A stretch of 64,000 nucleotides of DNA from Deltaproteobacteria bacterium (GTDB lineage: Bacteria > Myxococcota_A > UBA9160 > SMWR01), in assembly GCA_032128115.1 (NCBI GenBank), contig JAQBHB010000014.1:1-64000 (forward strand), written 5' to 3'. The translations under genes were made by a program, and so were the position numbers. This document shows, piece after piece, positions 8,845 through 19,221 of this stretch. Under the pieces are notes generated by a model. It searched no databases. It was not told where the DNA came from and saw only the letters and a program-made list of their open reading frames with translations. The stretch's first letter is position 1. Every line of letters begins with the position of its first letter.

Positions 8845-9423
8845 ATGCGGACGCGGAAAATGCTGGGTTGGCAGGTGATGCTGGGAGCGCTGGTGGCGAT
8901 TCCGATCTGGAGCGCCTCGAGTGCCGCGGCGGGCAACGTCTACTCGTGGCGCACCGAAGACGGGGGGTACGCCTTCACGGATGATCGCGCGGCGATTCCC
9001 GCCCGCTATCGCGACCAGGCCGTGACGCGCCGGGTGGACGGTCTGTCGGGCTACGAAAAGCACACCGAACAGGTCAAGGGAACCAACCAGAGCTACGCCC
9101 AGGCCCTGGAAGAGCGACTGGCGCACCTGCGCGAGCTGAACGCCGAGCCGAGCGACACATCGCGCGGAACGGCTGCCGGCGGCGTTCCCACCGCGATCTC
9201 CCTGCAGGTGGGCGGAGGCGATACGCCGAACATCCAGGTTTCGTCTGGCACCACCGGAGGTCCCGTAGTGATCGAGAACCGCTTTACGCGGCCCGCCGGC
9301 GGCATGGTGACGCGAACGAGCACGATCGTGACCCAGGACGGCCGGACGCTGGTGGTGGTGCTTCCCCGTTCGAAGGAGACGGATCCCACCGAGATCCTGG
9401 ACGAGTCGCAGCTCCTGCGCTGA
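8845..9423 (+). CDS. Secreted DUF4124-type protein
   Basis: Signal peptide then VYSWRTEDGGYAFTDD...IPARYR, typical of DUF4124 N-termini. Confidence 0.7.
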   Translation: MRTRKMLGWQVMLGALVAIPIWSASSAAAGNVYSWRTEDGGYAFTDDRAAIPARYRDQAVTRRVDGLSGYEKHTEQVKGTNQSYAQALEERLAHLRELNAEPSDTSRGTAAGGVPTAISLQVGGGDTPNIQVSSGTTGGPVVIENRFTRPAGGMVTRTSTIVTQDGRTLVVVLPRSKETDPTEILDESQLLR

Positions 9424-9463
9424 GCGCCTGAGGCGCGATTCCGGGACTCGGTTCCGGGACTCG

Positions 9464-9856
9464 TCAGGGAGACGCGGGCGGCGCGTCCGTTCGCGGGGCC
9501 GGGCGCTCCCGGAACCAGCCGGGCGGAATGCCATCGAGCCGCGCCTTCTTTTCGAAGTCAACAAGCCCCTTCTCGGCTTCTTCGAGCTCCAGAGCTGCGG
9601 CCTGGCGCTCGGCCAGGATCGCAGCCTTGCTGGCGCCTCGCTCGTTTCGGCGGTGACGCATCTTCCGGTACGCGCTGTCGGCGGCCACTTGACGCGCCTG
9701 GGCCTTCGCGACCGCGGCGATCTTCTCTGCGTAGAGTGCCTCGAAGCGCCCGAAGCCTTCGTCCCCGCTGCCGCCGGACTGGGAACTCACGAGCAGCAAC
9801 GCGGCCAGCGCCAGGCCGAACGCGACCAGCAATCTGCGCGGATCCAGGACCCTCAC
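9464..9856 (-). CDS. Small exported helical hypothetical protein
   Basis: GTG overlaps upstream stop (GTGA); hydrophobic N-terminus, coiled-coil body, C-terminal ARLDGIPPGWFR. Confidence 0.6.
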   Translation of the reverse strand: MRVLDPRRLLVAFGLALAALLLVSSQSGGSGDEGFGRFEALYAEKIAAVAKAQARQVAADSAYRKMRHRRNERGASKAAILAERQAAALELEEAEKGLVDFEKKARLDGIPPGWFRERPAPRTDAPPASP

Positions 9857-10584
9857 GCTCGAGCCGATGCCGAACCTTCGCGCTCGTTGGCGCGATTGTC
9901 GTTCTCGTAGATGAACTCCTCGATCGAGCGAACGCAGCGACGGTCCAGGGCCAGGAATTGCAACCCCATGCTCGTGGGTCCTGCATCGACGGACTCGCTT
10001 CGCCACACCACCCGGGCCGTCGAATTGATGGGTTCGGGAGCTCCCGGCAATCGGAACTGCAGTTCCAGCTCGCTCTCGATCGGCGCCGCGCATACGGCCT
10101 CCACGAACAGGCCGCCGCGCGAGAGGTTGCGGGCGTTTCCCACTGCATTGCTGCCCGCCGCGCTGATGCGCACGCTGGTCTCCATGGGCACCCGGGCCAG
10201 CCCGCGGAAGTGGGGCGAGCGCAGGAAGCGATTGACCGCCCGGATGAACGAGATCCGATCGATGGGCTTCGCGATCACGTCGTCGGCCCCCGCGTGCACT
10301 GCCGACGCCCGCTCGGAGGCGGAGGTGCCGCTGGTGACCAGGATCACCGGGGTTTCGCGCAGCTCGGGGTCCGCCTTCACCTGACGACACAGCTCGGCGC
10401 CGTCCATGCCAGGCATGTTCAGATCGCTCACCAGGATGTCGGGACGCTCGCGACGCATGATTTCCAGGGCTTCGATTCCGTCGCAAGCGATGATGACGCG
10501 GCCGGAGCGAGCGAGGAAAAGGGATCCCAGCTCGCGAAACATCGAGGCATCGTCGACAAAGAGAATCTTGTGCTCGGAATCCAC
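9853..10584 (-). CDS. Response regulator receiver + PilZ domain protein
   Basis: ILFVDD...SDLNMPGMDG...KP receiver; C-terminal RGLARVP...NLSRGGLF PilZ motifs. Confidence 0.85.
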   Translation of the reverse strand: MDSEHKILFVDDASMFRELGSLFLARSGRVIIACDGIEALEIMRRERPDILVSDLNMPGMDGAELCRQVKADPELRETPVILVTSGTSASERASAVHAGADDVIAKPIDRISFIRAVNRFLRSPHFRGLARVPMETSVRISAAGSNAVGNARNLSRGGLFVEAVCAAPIESELELQFRLPGAPEPINSTARVVWRSESVDAGPTSMGLQFLALDRRCVRSIEEFIYENDNRANEREGSASARA

Positions 10585-10624
10585 CCGGTTCCTCCGTCGC
10601 GTAGGCGAGCGCCGCGCAGGGGAG

Positions 10625-11050
10625 CTACGGCGTCGCCAACACCCCGAAACCCTCGAGTTCGGGTCGGACCAACCACGTGTTGGTGACGTTCTCGCGGTAC
10701 CAGCGCTGTTTCTCCTTGATCGGGACCTCCATGGCCCTGCGCGTTGCGAACGCGTGGTACTCCACGGTCACCACGGCCTGTCCGTCGTCTTCGAATCGGA
10801 TGTTTCCGATTTCGAAGTCGGTGACCCGGATCGATTCGAAGTCGTCGATGAAGGCGAGGAATTCCTGGCGCAAGGCCGGATCGACGTAGACGCTGGCCCT
10901 CTCGATCAAGCCCCAGCGCACCAGCTTGGTGTATTCGCGTTGCGCCGACTCCAGCGACTTCTCACGACCCAGCGGGTCAAAGAGATTGATGCAACCCGTC
11001 GAACCGACGGTGAGCGCGAGCGCGAGCAAACAGCAGAATCCGCGGATCAT
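10625..11050 (-). CDS. Putative lipoprotein
   Basis: LALALTVGSTGC lipobox-like signal; GGAGG RBS. Confidence 0.65.
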   Translation of the reverse strand: MIRGFCCLLALALTVGSTGCINLFDPLGREKSLESAQREYTKLVRWGLIERASVYVDPALRQEFLAFIDDFESIRVTDFEIGNIRFEDDGQAVVTVEYHAFATRRAMEVPIKEKQRWYRENVTNTWLVRPELEGFGVLATP

Positions 11051-11206
11051 GACCCCTCCCCACGCGAACCGGCAGAATCCCTTCCAGGCACCGGTGGCGA
11101 TTGGTCTTCTATCGGCGCATTGGGGAAACCACCTGAGCAGGCTGTGATATGCTCGCACGCCTCTCGTTCAACCATTCGAGATTGAAGGGGATTTCGGATC
11201 TCCTAT

Positions 11207-12166
11207 TTGCTCGGGATCGACATCGGCGGCACCAAGCTGGCGCTCGCCCTGGCTGACGAGCAAGGCAACGTGCTCGAGCGCTCGCAACGGCGCACCGAGC
11301 CCACGGGGCGACCCGCCGATGACGTGGCACGCGTGGTGGACGATGCCCGCGCCCTGCTGGCGCGCCTGAATCTCTCGCCCCAACAGGTGGCGTGCGTGGG
11401 GGTGTCGGCTCCCGGTCCGCTGGACGCGGCGCGCGAATACGTAATGCGGCCGCCGAACCTGCCCGGATGGCAGGACGTCCCGCTGCGCAGGCTGTTGGCC
11501 GAAGGCCTGGGCACGCGCGTCTCGCTGGAGAACGATGCCAACGCCGCAGCCCTGGCCGAATGGCGCTACGGCGCGGGACGCGGCTATCGCGATGTGATCT
11601 ACCTGACCGCGTCCACCGGAATGGGAGCCGGAATCGTGCTGGGCGGCCGCCTGTATCGGGGCACCAGCGGAAACGCCGGTGAGGTCGGCCACGCACCCGT
11701 GGAGTGGGAGGGGTTGCCGTGTGCATGCGGCCAACGCGGATGCCTCGAGGCCTACGTGGGTGGCGCCGCGTGGATCCAGCGCCTGTCTCGCGAGACGCCG
11801 GCCGAGAGCCTGGTGGCGGAGCTCGCGGGCGGTCGCGAGCGGGCCCGGCCCGAGCACGTAGTGCAGGCCGCTCGCCGCGGCGATGCCTTCGCTCTCGCCG
11901 AGATGGACCGCTACAACGACTACCTGTCCCGTGCCATCACGTCACTCGTATACGTGTTGTCGCCGCAGGTCGTGATCCTGGGGACGATCCCGACCCAGGC
12001 CGGCGAGGAGCTCTGCTTCGCGCCGCTGCGCAAGCGGGTGGCCGCCCACGTGTGGCCGGAGCTGGGCCGCGATCTCGAGATCGTGCCCTCCGCACTGGGC
12101 GCGGACCTTCCGGCCTACGCCGGCCTGTGTGCGGCTCACGAGGGACTGAAACGCCGGACCCGCTGA
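11207..12166 (+). CDS. ROK-family sugar kinase (glucokinase-like)
   Basis: GIDIGGTK, LENDANAAALAE, AGEVGH, CACGQRGCLE. Confidence 0.9.
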   Translation: MLGIDIGGTKLALALADEQGNVLERSQRRTEPTGRPADDVARVVDDARALLARLNLSPQQVACVGVSAPGPLDAAREYVMRPPNLPGWQDVPLRRLLAEGLGTRVSLENDANAAALAEWRYGAGRGYRDVIYLTASTGMGAGIVLGGRLYRGTSGNAGEVGHAPVEWEGLPCACGQRGCLEAYVGGAAWIQRLSRETPAESLVAELAGGRERARPEHVVQAARRGDAFALAEMDRYNDYLSRAITSLVYVLSPQVVILGTIPTQAGEELCFAPLRKRVAAHVWPELGRDLEIVPSALGADLPAYAGLCAAHEGLKRRTR

Positions 12167-12178
12167 TCCCTAGGATCC

Positions 12179-13276
12179 CTAGACATCCGCACGGAAGCGC
12201 TCGAAGCGACCCTGGGCGATGGCAACGCGGGCACCCTCCATCAATCGCAACGTGAAGCGCAGGTTGTGCAAGCTCGCCAGGCGAGCGCCAAGCACCTCGT
12301 TCACCCGCAGCAGGTGGTGCAGGTAGGCGCGCGAGTGACGCGCGCAGGTGGGGCAATCGCAGGTCTCGTCCGGGGGCAACGGGTCGTTGCGAAAGCGCGC
12401 GTTGCGGAGCTTGAGTTCACCCTGGGACGTGAAGAGCACCCCGTGACGCGCGTGACGAGTGGGAATCACGCAGTCGAACAGATCCACCCCGGCGGCGATG
12501 GCATCGACCAGCTCGCGGGGAGGGCCGATTCCCATCAGATAACGCGGCGCTGCTTCGGGAAGCTCGTCATGCGCGGCCGCTACCAGGTCGATGCGCTGCG
12601 CCCGGTCCTCGCCGAGCCCAAGGCCGCCGTGGGCATAGCCTTCGAAGCCGATCGACACGGTCTGCCTGGCGCTGTGGCGCCGCAGCGCTTCCGAAGTTCC
12701 CCCCTGCACGATGCCGAACAGCGCCTGCGATGGCCGCGTGTGCGCTGCCCGGCAGCGCTCGGCCCAGCGCAGGGTGCGCTCGCTGGCGGCCTGCACGCGC
12801 AGGCTCACACCCTCGGATGCCGGGTCCGGAGGCTGGCACTCGTCGAGCACCATCGCGATGTCCGAGCCCAGCGCCTCTTGCAGGCCGACGGCCGTTTCGG
12901 GGGTGAGAAGACGGCGGCGCCCGTCGAGAGGCGACGTGAAAGCCACCCCGTTCTCGTCCAGCCGCATGTGCTCGACCATGGAGGTGATCTGGAAGCCTCC
13001 ACTGTCGGTCAGCCACGGCCCGCGCCAGCCCGTGAAGCCATGCAGCCCTCCCAGGCCCTGGATCACATCGGCGCCCGGCCGCTCGTGCAGGTGGTATGTA
13101 TTCGCCAGCAGGATCCCGGCGCCCACGGCCTCGAGTTCGTCCGGCGCCACCCCGCGCACCGCACCGAAAGTGGCCACGGGCATGAAGGCGGGCGTCTCCA
13201 CCACGCCGTGCGCCGTGTGGATGCGACCGGACCGCCCCGCACCGTCGCGGGCGGTGATCTCGAAGAAGTCGGCCAC
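12179..13276 (-). CDS. tgt: Queuine tRNA-ribosyltransferase (tRNA-guanine transglycosylase)
   Basis: ETPAFMPV, ANTYHL, TDSGGFQ, GIVQGG, DLFDCV, CDCPTC zinc site. Confidence 0.95.
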   Translation of the reverse strand: MADFFEITARDGAGRSGRIHTAHGVVETPAFMPVATFGAVRGVAPDELEAVGAGILLANTYHLHERPGADVIQGLGGLHGFTGWRGPWLTDSGGFQITSMVEHMRLDENGVAFTSPLDGRRRLLTPETAVGLQEALGSDIAMVLDECQPPDPASEGVSLRVQAASERTLRWAERCRAAHTRPSQALFGIVQGGTSEALRRHSARQTVSIGFEGYAHGGLGLGEDRAQRIDLVAAAHDELPEAAPRYLMGIGPPRELVDAIAAGVDLFDCVIPTRHARHGVLFTSQGELKLRNARFRNDPLPPDETCDCPTCARHSRAYLHHLLRVNEVLGARLASLHNLRFTLRLMEGARVAIAQGRFERFRADV

Positions 13277-13278
13277 GG

Positions 13279-14307
13279 TCAGCGAATCAGCATGGCGTCG
13301 CCGTAGGAGTAGAAGCGGTACCCGCGCCGGATGGCTTCGGCGTAGGCATCCAGGATCGATTCGCGGCCGGCGAACGCGGCCACCAACAGCAGCAGCGACG
13401 AGCGCGGCAGGTGAAAGTTCGTGAGCAGGGCATCCACGGCGCGGAAACGCGAGCCGGGGCGCAGGAACAACTGCGTCTCTCCGCAGCGCGGGCTCACGCG
13501 GCCGTCTTCATCCACACAGCTCTCCAGCACGCGTGCCGTCGTCGTGCCCACGGCCACCACGCGACCGCCGCGTTCTCGCGTTGCGGCGATGCGCTCGGCC
13601 ACGGAGGCGTCGAGCTCGAAAGGCTCCGCGGCAAGCCTGCCGCTCGAAAGCTCGCGCGCGCCCAGCGGCCGGAACGTGCCGGGCCCCACGTGCAGGATCA
13701 CTTCCGCACGATCCACGCCCGCCCCGGCCAGCGCCTCCAACACGGCCCGACTCAGGTGAAGCCCCGCGGTGGGCGCGGCCACTGAACCGGGCACCCGCGC
13801 GTAGAGGGTCTGGTAGCGCTCGGCGTCGGCCTCGAGCGCGGCGGGGCGCCGGATGTAGGGCGGAAGCGGTGTCTCGCCCACGCAGTAGGGCGACAGCTTT
13901 GGATCGAAGAGGAGCTCCACCTCGCCTCCCGGTCGCAGCGCTGCGATCTCCGCGTCGAGGCCCCCGAACTGGAGCTTCTGGCCCACGCGCTGCCGGCCAC
14001 GGCTGCGCAGCAGCGCCCGGTAGCGGCCGGCATCGTTTGGCACCTCACCCAGCAGCAGCGCCTCGGCGGCACCGCCGGTGAGCTTGTGCCCGCGCAGCCG
14101 CGCGGGCAGCACCCGCGTGGCGTTCACCAGCAACAGGTCGCCGGCACGCAGCCAATGGGGCAGGGCGCGGATCTCGCTGTGCTCCCGGGCGCCGCTCCAA
14201 CGATCGAGCACCAGCAATCGCGCACCGTCGCGCTCCGCTGCAGGTCCCTGGGCGATGCAGTGGGACGGAAGCTCGTAGGCGTAGTCTTCCAGGTCCGGCT
14301 CACTCAA
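13279..14307 (-). CDS. queA: S-adenosylmethionine:tRNA ribosyltransferase-isomerase
   Basis: YAYELP..IAQ, PLPPYI, GSVAAPTAGLH, LHVGPGTF, AVGTT, TNFHLPRSSL, YRFYSYGDAM; start estimated. Confidence 0.95.
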   Translation of the reverse strand: MSEPDLEDYAYELPSHCIAQGPAAERDGARLLVLDRWSGAREHSEIRALPHWLRAGDLLLVNATRVLPARLRGHKLTGGAAEALLLGEVPNDAGRYRALLRSRGRQRVGQKLQFGGLDAEIAALRPGGEVELLFDPKLSPYCVGETPLPPYIRRPAALEADAERYQTLYARVPGSVAAPTAGLHLSRAVLEALAGAGVDRAEVILHVGPGTFRPLGARELSSGRLAAEPFELDASVAERIAATRERGGRVVAVGTTTARVLESCVDEDGRVSPRCGETQLFLRPGSRFRAVDALLTNFHLPRSSLLLLVAAFAGRESILDAYAEAIRRGYRFYSYGDAMLIR

Positions 14308-15574
14308 GGCTCGAAACCCCGGGCGCGGTCTCGCCCTCGGAGGCCGGGTCGGGCCGCAGCCGCAACGCCGCCAGCAGGGCCGGCGAATCGGCGATCGAGT
14401 CGTACGAGAAGAGCGAGTCGCCGGCGCTGCCGGCGCCCTCGACAATGTCGATCTGCACGAGCGCGCGCTCGGGATTTCGCGCGAACAGCCAGGTGCCGAG
14501 TCCGATCCAGATGCGGTCTGCCGTGGGAAGATTGGCGAAGTTCTCCGCCTGGTAGCGCAGGACCCGGTCGTCGAGCGTGTAGGCCATGGGCACGGCGAAA
14601 TCGAGCAGGTCGTCTTCCAGCCAGCGCCGCCAGTCCTGCCCCAGCGAGAGATACGCTCGATCGGCCCAGGACCAGACCGCGGCCGAGAGCTCCACGTCGG
14701 GATTCGCGCTGCGCACGGCGAATCGCACCGTTTCGACCAGCGCGGTCAGCTGGTCGCGACGCCAATCGTCCCAGCGATTCGCGTTGCCCAGCGAGTCGCC
14801 GATCGGACCCACCAGGCCCGTCTCCAGCTTGAAGCGCGCCCGGGTGGTTTCGCCGTACCCGAAATCGAGACCCACTCCGAAACGGGAACCGGGCACGAAG
14901 GGCAGCACGTCGGGATAGCGGATGTAGTCCAGGTGCACGCCGTCGAGCTCCGGGTATCGATCCACCAGCTCGCCAAAGGTAAGGGCCAGGCGCTCGGCCA
15001 CCCCGGGCGCGGCCGGATCGAGCCAGACCGCCGGCGTGCCCATGCGCGCGAGCTTCCGATCCGGTTGCGGCACATCGAGGTTCGGGTAGTCGAGCACCGA
15101 ACGTCCGAAGCGGTCCACGATCACAGCCTGGCGACCCAGATCGCGAACGATCGGAGCGTCGCGGTTGGTGGAGAGCGACAGGGCGTTGACCCAGCCGTGC
15201 ACGCGCAGGTTGGCGGCGTGGGCCTGGGCGATCAGGTCGATCAGGGGATCGCTGCCAGTGGCCGCGAGAACCGCCCGGTAGGGCGCTGCGTCGGCAGCCG
15301 TCGAGTCGAACCAGGCGCGGCCCCCGCGATAGACCTGCACGAACAGATCCGTGGCCCCTAGAGCCCGGGCCGTCTCGATCAAGTGGGGAATGCGATCCGG
15401 ATGGTCCAGCACACGCTGGCTGCCCTGGCAGAGGACCCACAGGCCCCTGGCGCGCGGCGCCTCGACCACCGCTTGCGGCGCGGTCTGCGGGGCCGCAGCG
15501 TCGTCCGCCTCGCCGCAAGCGAGTGCGGCAAGGGCGCCGAGACAGATCAGCTGCGGGACCGGAAAACGAGCCAT
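14300..15574 (-). CDS. Glycoside hydrolase-like family 10 (GHL10/YddW-type) lipoprotein
   Basis: Lipobox LAALAC; RGLWV, LFVQV, VHGWVN, WLDP, DGVHLDYIRYP, GQDW, PMAY. Confidence 0.8.
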   Translation of the reverse strand: MARFPVPQLICLGALAALACGEADDAAAPQTAPQAVVEAPRARGLWVLCQGSQRVLDHPDRIPHLIETARALGATDLFVQVYRGGRAWFDSTAADAAPYRAVLAATGSDPLIDLIAQAHAANLRVHGWVNALSLSTNRDAPIVRDLGRQAVIVDRFGRSVLDYPNLDVPQPDRKLARMGTPAVWLDPAAPGVAERLALTFGELVDRYPELDGVHLDYIRYPDVLPFVPGSRFGVGLDFGYGETTRARFKLETGLVGPIGDSLGNANRWDDWRRDQLTALVETVRFAVRSANPDVELSAAVWSWADRAYLSLGQDWRRWLEDDLLDFAVPMAYTLDDRVLRYQAENFANLPTADRIWIGLGTWLFARNPERALVQIDIVEGAGSAGDSLFSYDSIADSPALLAALRLRPDPASEGETAPGVSSLE

Positions 15575-15689
15575 GGGACGGCGCGGTGAACCTAACCGAG
15601 GCACCGGGCCGCCACAAACGGCTGCGCCGTCGGAACAAGCACAAGGTTCGGGTTTGACAGGCCGATCCGCTCCCGCACACTGGGGGACG

Positions 15690-17807
15690 ATGGGGATGAT
15701 CAAGGGCGTTTGCCCGGGAATCGCGGGACACCCGCGCGGGGCATCCCGTTGCCATTGGGGCGCTGTCGGGCTGCTGGGGGCGCTGCTTCTGGTGCCGACG
15801 GCGATGGCTGCCAACCGATCGAGTTCCAACGAACCCGTGGAAGTCGAGTTGGCGCCGGAGTCTCCGGGACGCATGCTGCGGGCCGCGATCGAGGCTCGAG
15901 AGCGAGGCGAGAGCCGCGTGGCCGAAGAGGCCCTGGCCCGCCTGGCCGTGGAACACCCCATCATCGCCGATCACGCCGATCTCCTGCGTGTGGGCATCCT
16001 GATGGCGGTCCACCGCTACCAGGAGGTGGTGGAGCTGCGCACCACGTGGAAGCACGCGAATTCGCCCCTCCATGCCGATTTCCTGATGGAGCTGGGACAC
16101 GCCTATGACGCGCTGGGGAAGCCCGAGGAAGCGCGCTCGGCCTGGGCTGGCGCGATCGCCGAGACCGACGATTCCGATCGCCTGGCCACCCTCCATCTGG
16201 CCGTGGCCGATTCCTACGCCCGTTCGGGCGACCTGGCGGCCGCCGCCGAGTCGTACCTGCGGGTCTGGACCGCCTATCCACTGAGGCCGGAGGCCGACGG
16301 GGCCAGGGTCGCCCTGGATGATCTGGAGCGGCGCATCGAGACTTCCGTGCGGACGGCGCCGCAATTTCGCAAGCGGGGCGACGCCCTGTACCGGCAGAGC
16401 CGCAACGAGCAGGCACTCGAGGCCTATGACACGGCGCTGGCCTCGAAGCACGAACCGCTGGCGGCGGCCGATCGCCACGGCGTCGACGAGCAGCGGGCGC
16501 GAACGCTGTTCCGCCTGCGACGCTACACCGAGGCCACCGAGGCCTTCAGCCAGCTGCCGGAAGACTTTGCCAACGCCATCTGGACGGCTCGTTCGCGAGC
16601 GCGCGCCGGCGATGTAGAGACGGCCGCCCGGGAGCTCGAGCACGTGGGTCAGCAGTCCTCGGGCAACCATTCGCTGCACGCCATGCTGCTGGCGGGAATG
16701 CTGTGGGCCGGGGAGGGCGAGACCCAGCGAGCACGCGCGCTCTACACCGCGCTCGCCAATCGCGCGCCACGCTCTTCCTACGGACTTGCGGCGATCTGGA
16801 ATCTCGGCTGGCAGGCGTATCGGGATGCGAGCTATGACGAGGCCATCGCCTACTTCGAACGGCTCGGCGAGGGCGAAGAGGACAAGCTCGAGGCCCTGCG
16901 CCCGCGCTATTGGCGAGCGCGCGCGGCCGAACAGGCGGGCCAGGAGGGCGTCGTCGAAGAGTACGCCCGCATCGCGCGGGAGTTCCCGCTTTCCTATTAC
17001 GGTTGGCGCGCCCGCTCGCGGAGCCTCGAAGCCGTGGCTCCGGAAGTCTCCGAACCCGACGACGACCCGGCCGAGCGCATCGGCATCAGCCGGGGGACCG
17101 TGAACCTGACGCCCGCCCAGCTGCTGCGCCCGCGCATCCTGCTCGAGGCCGGGTTGGTGGCTGAGACCCGGGGCGAGCTCGACCGACTGTTCGCGCGCGC
17201 CCAGGGGCGCGAGGATCGCCTGGCGCTGGCGCAGCTGTACGCCGACGCGGGCGACTATCACCGCCCGCAGCGGCTGATGGTCGACGCCTACGCCGAGTCG
17301 CTGGCGCGCGGTCCGGCGCCGGGCCAGCTGGAACTGTGGTGGCACGCCTGGCCGGCGGCGTTCGAAGACGACGTGCGCAAGGCGGCCGACCCGACGTCGC
17401 GACTGGACCCGGCCCTGGTGTACGCCGTCATGCGCGAAGAGAGCGGGTACCGACCGGCGGTGGTGTCGGTCTCCGGCGCGCGCGGCCTCCTGCAGCTGAT
17501 GCCCGAGACCGCCGAGCGAGTGGCGCGGGGCGCCGGGATCACGAAGCCCAGCTCCGACGATCTGTTCGAGCCCAGCGTGAACATCCAGCTGGGAGCGATC
17601 TATCTGGGCGACCTGCTCGGACGGTTTTCGGGGCGCACGTCGGCTGCCATCGGAAGCTACAACGCAGGCCCCGAGGCAGTCGCCCGCTGGCTCCGCGGCG
17701 CTCCCGTGGAAGACGACGAATGGGTAGAGGAGATCGGATACGAACAGACCCGCTCCTACGTGAAGCGGGTGTTGCGCAGCCTTCACGCCTACCGGGTGCT
17801 CTACTGA
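15690..17807 (+). CDS. Soluble lytic murein transglycosylase with TPR-like repeats
   Basis: C-terminal SLT motifs AVMREES, GARGLLQLMP, SYNAGP, EQTRSYV. Confidence 0.9.
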   Translation: MGMIKGVCPGIAGHPRGASRCHWGAVGLLGALLLVPTAMAANRSSSNEPVEVELAPESPGRMLRAAIEARERGESRVAEEALARLAVEHPIIADHADLLRVGILMAVHRYQEVVELRTTWKHANSPLHADFLMELGHAYDALGKPEEARSAWAGAIAETDDSDRLATLHLAVADSYARSGDLAAAAESYLRVWTAYPLRPEADGARVALDDLERRIETSVRTAPQFRKRGDALYRQSRNEQALEAYDTALASKHEPLAAADRHGVDEQRARTLFRLRRYTEATEAFSQLPEDFANAIWTARSRARAGDVETAARELEHVGQQSSGNHSLHAMLLAGMLWAGEGETQRARALYTALANRAPRSSYGLAAIWNLGWQAYRDASYDEAIAYFERLGEGEEDKLEALRPRYWRARAAEQAGQEGVVEEYARIAREFPLSYYGWRARSRSLEAVAPEVSEPDDDPAERIGISRGTVNLTPAQLLRPRILLEAGLVAETRGELDRLFARAQGREDRLALAQLYADAGDYHRPQRLMVDAYAESLARGPAPGQLELWWHAWPAAFEDDVRKAADPTSRLDPALVYAVMREESGYRPAVVSVSGARGLLQLMPETAERVARGAGITKPSSDDLFEPSVNIQLGAIYLGDLLGRFSGRTSAAIGSYNAGPEAVARWLRGAPVEDDEWVEEIGYEQTRSYVKRVLRSLHAYRVLY

Positions 17808-18763
17808 CCGCCGCCGGCTCCGCCCTCCCCCTGTGGCGTGAGAGGGAAGGGCGGCGTTCCCTCGACCTGCTGGCCGTGGGCCAGAACGCGCTCGATCGGG
17901 TTTGTGTGGTCGACCGACTGCCGCCCTTCGGCGGCAAGCTGGCCCTGCGCGAATACGCGGAGCTCACCGGGGGCCAGGTGGCGACGGCCGCCCTGGCCGC
18001 GGCGCGCCTGGGCCTGCGCACTGCCTATTCCGGCGCGGTGGGCGACGACGCGGACGGATTTGCCGTGCTGGCGCCCCTCGAGTCTGCCGGGGTGGATGTG
18101 TCCGCCGTCAAGCGTGTGCCCGGGGCGCGGACCCAGCGCGGGATCATCCTGGTGGACCGCACCACGGGCGAGCGAATCGTGCTGTGGCACCGCGACCCCG
18201 CGCTCGCACTCCAGAAGGGCGACATGCGCCGCGAGACCCTCGAGTCGGCCCGGGCCCTCCACCTGGACACCTCGGATCCGGATTTCGCCACCTGGGCGGC
18301 CCAGGTGGCGCAACAGGCCGGGGTTCCGGTCTTCCTGGACGCCGACACCCCGGGACCCGGGGTCGAGGCGCTTCTGGACCGGGTCGATTTTCCTATTGTC
18401 GCGAAGGGATTTGCCGAATCGTTTGGCGAGGGCCGCTCACTGCGCTCAGCGCTCACCAGGCTTGCCTGCCATGGAGGCCGGGCCTGTGTGGTGACGCTGG
18501 GGGCAGCCGGCGCTTTGGCGCTGTGCGGGGACGCCTGGATCGAGAGCCCCGCCTACAGCATCGAGGCGCGCGACACGACGGGAGCCGGGGATGTTTTCCG
18601 CGGCACCTTCGTGTGGGCGGTTCTCCAGGGCCTCGACGTCGCGTCCGTTCTGAGGACCGCAAACGCCGCGGCGGCCATGAGCTGCCGGGCCCTGGGAGCT
18701 CAGGGAGACCTGCCGACTCGCGGCGAGCTCGAGGCCTTCTTGAACCATCACGAGCCCGGTTGA
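17804..18763 (+). CDS. PfkB-family carbohydrate kinase
   Basis: GGQVATAA, GAVGDD, VTLGAAG, DTTGAGDVF; start estimated. Confidence 0.88.
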   Translation: MTAAGSALPLWREREGRRSLDLLAVGQNALDRVCVVDRLPPFGGKLALREYAELTGGQVATAALAAARLGLRTAYSGAVGDDADGFAVLAPLESAGVDVSAVKRVPGARTQRGIILVDRTTGERIVLWHRDPALALQKGDMRRETLESARALHLDTSDPDFATWAAQVAQQAGVPVFLDADTPGPGVEALLDRVDFPIVAKGFAESFGEGRSLRSALTRLACHGGRACVVTLGAAGALALCGDAWIESPAYSIEARDTTGAGDVFRGTFVWAVLQGLDVASVLRTANAAAAMSCRALGAQGDLPTRGELEAFLNHHEPG

Positions 18764-18785
18764 GCCGGGCCGGGAGGACCTCGCC

Positions 18786-19214
18786 ATGGGCGATGGATTC
18801 GGCAGGCCGATGGTCGCGCTGATGCTGCTGGCCGGAATGGTCGGCCTCGGCGCCTGGAACTTTCACCGCAATGTGGAGGCCGAGCGTCAGCAGCCGCGGC
18901 CGTTCGCTTCCTACTCGGACTCCGACCTCGAGACCCTGGTTGCAGCCTACGAGCAGGAAATCGCGGACTTCACCCGGAAGTGGGAGAAGGTGACCGGGAA
19001 GAAGGTGAACGTCCAGAACTTCGTCCACACCGATTCGCGCATCCGCGAATTCGAGCGGGTGCAGGGTCTCGGGCGTCAGGCGCGCGAGATGACCGGCGAA
19101 CTCGCCAAGCGCCACGTGGCCCTGGACGAGTTGCACGAGGAACAGGCCAAACGCGTGCAGGAACAAGAGGTCGTGCTGATATTCCTCAAGCGACTCTTCA
19201 TGTACAACGGCTAG
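18786..19214 (+). CDS. Membrane-anchored coiled-coil hypothetical protein
   Basis: GGAGG RBS, N-terminal TM helix, heptad-rich body. Confidence 0.6.
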   Translation: MGDGFGRPMVALMLLAGMVGLGAWNFHRNVEAERQQPRPFASYSDSDLETLVAAYEQEIADFTRKWEKVTGKKVNVQNFVHTDSRIREFERVQGLGRQAREMTGELAKRHVALDELHEEQAKRVQEQEVVLIFLKRLFMYNG

Positions 19215-19221
19215 CCGGGCG

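Noticed and set aside
14304..17786. 1160-aa minus-strand ORF
   Set aside because: Shadow of the lytic transglycosylase and off-frame over the GHL10 gene; no motifs; typical high-GC artefact.
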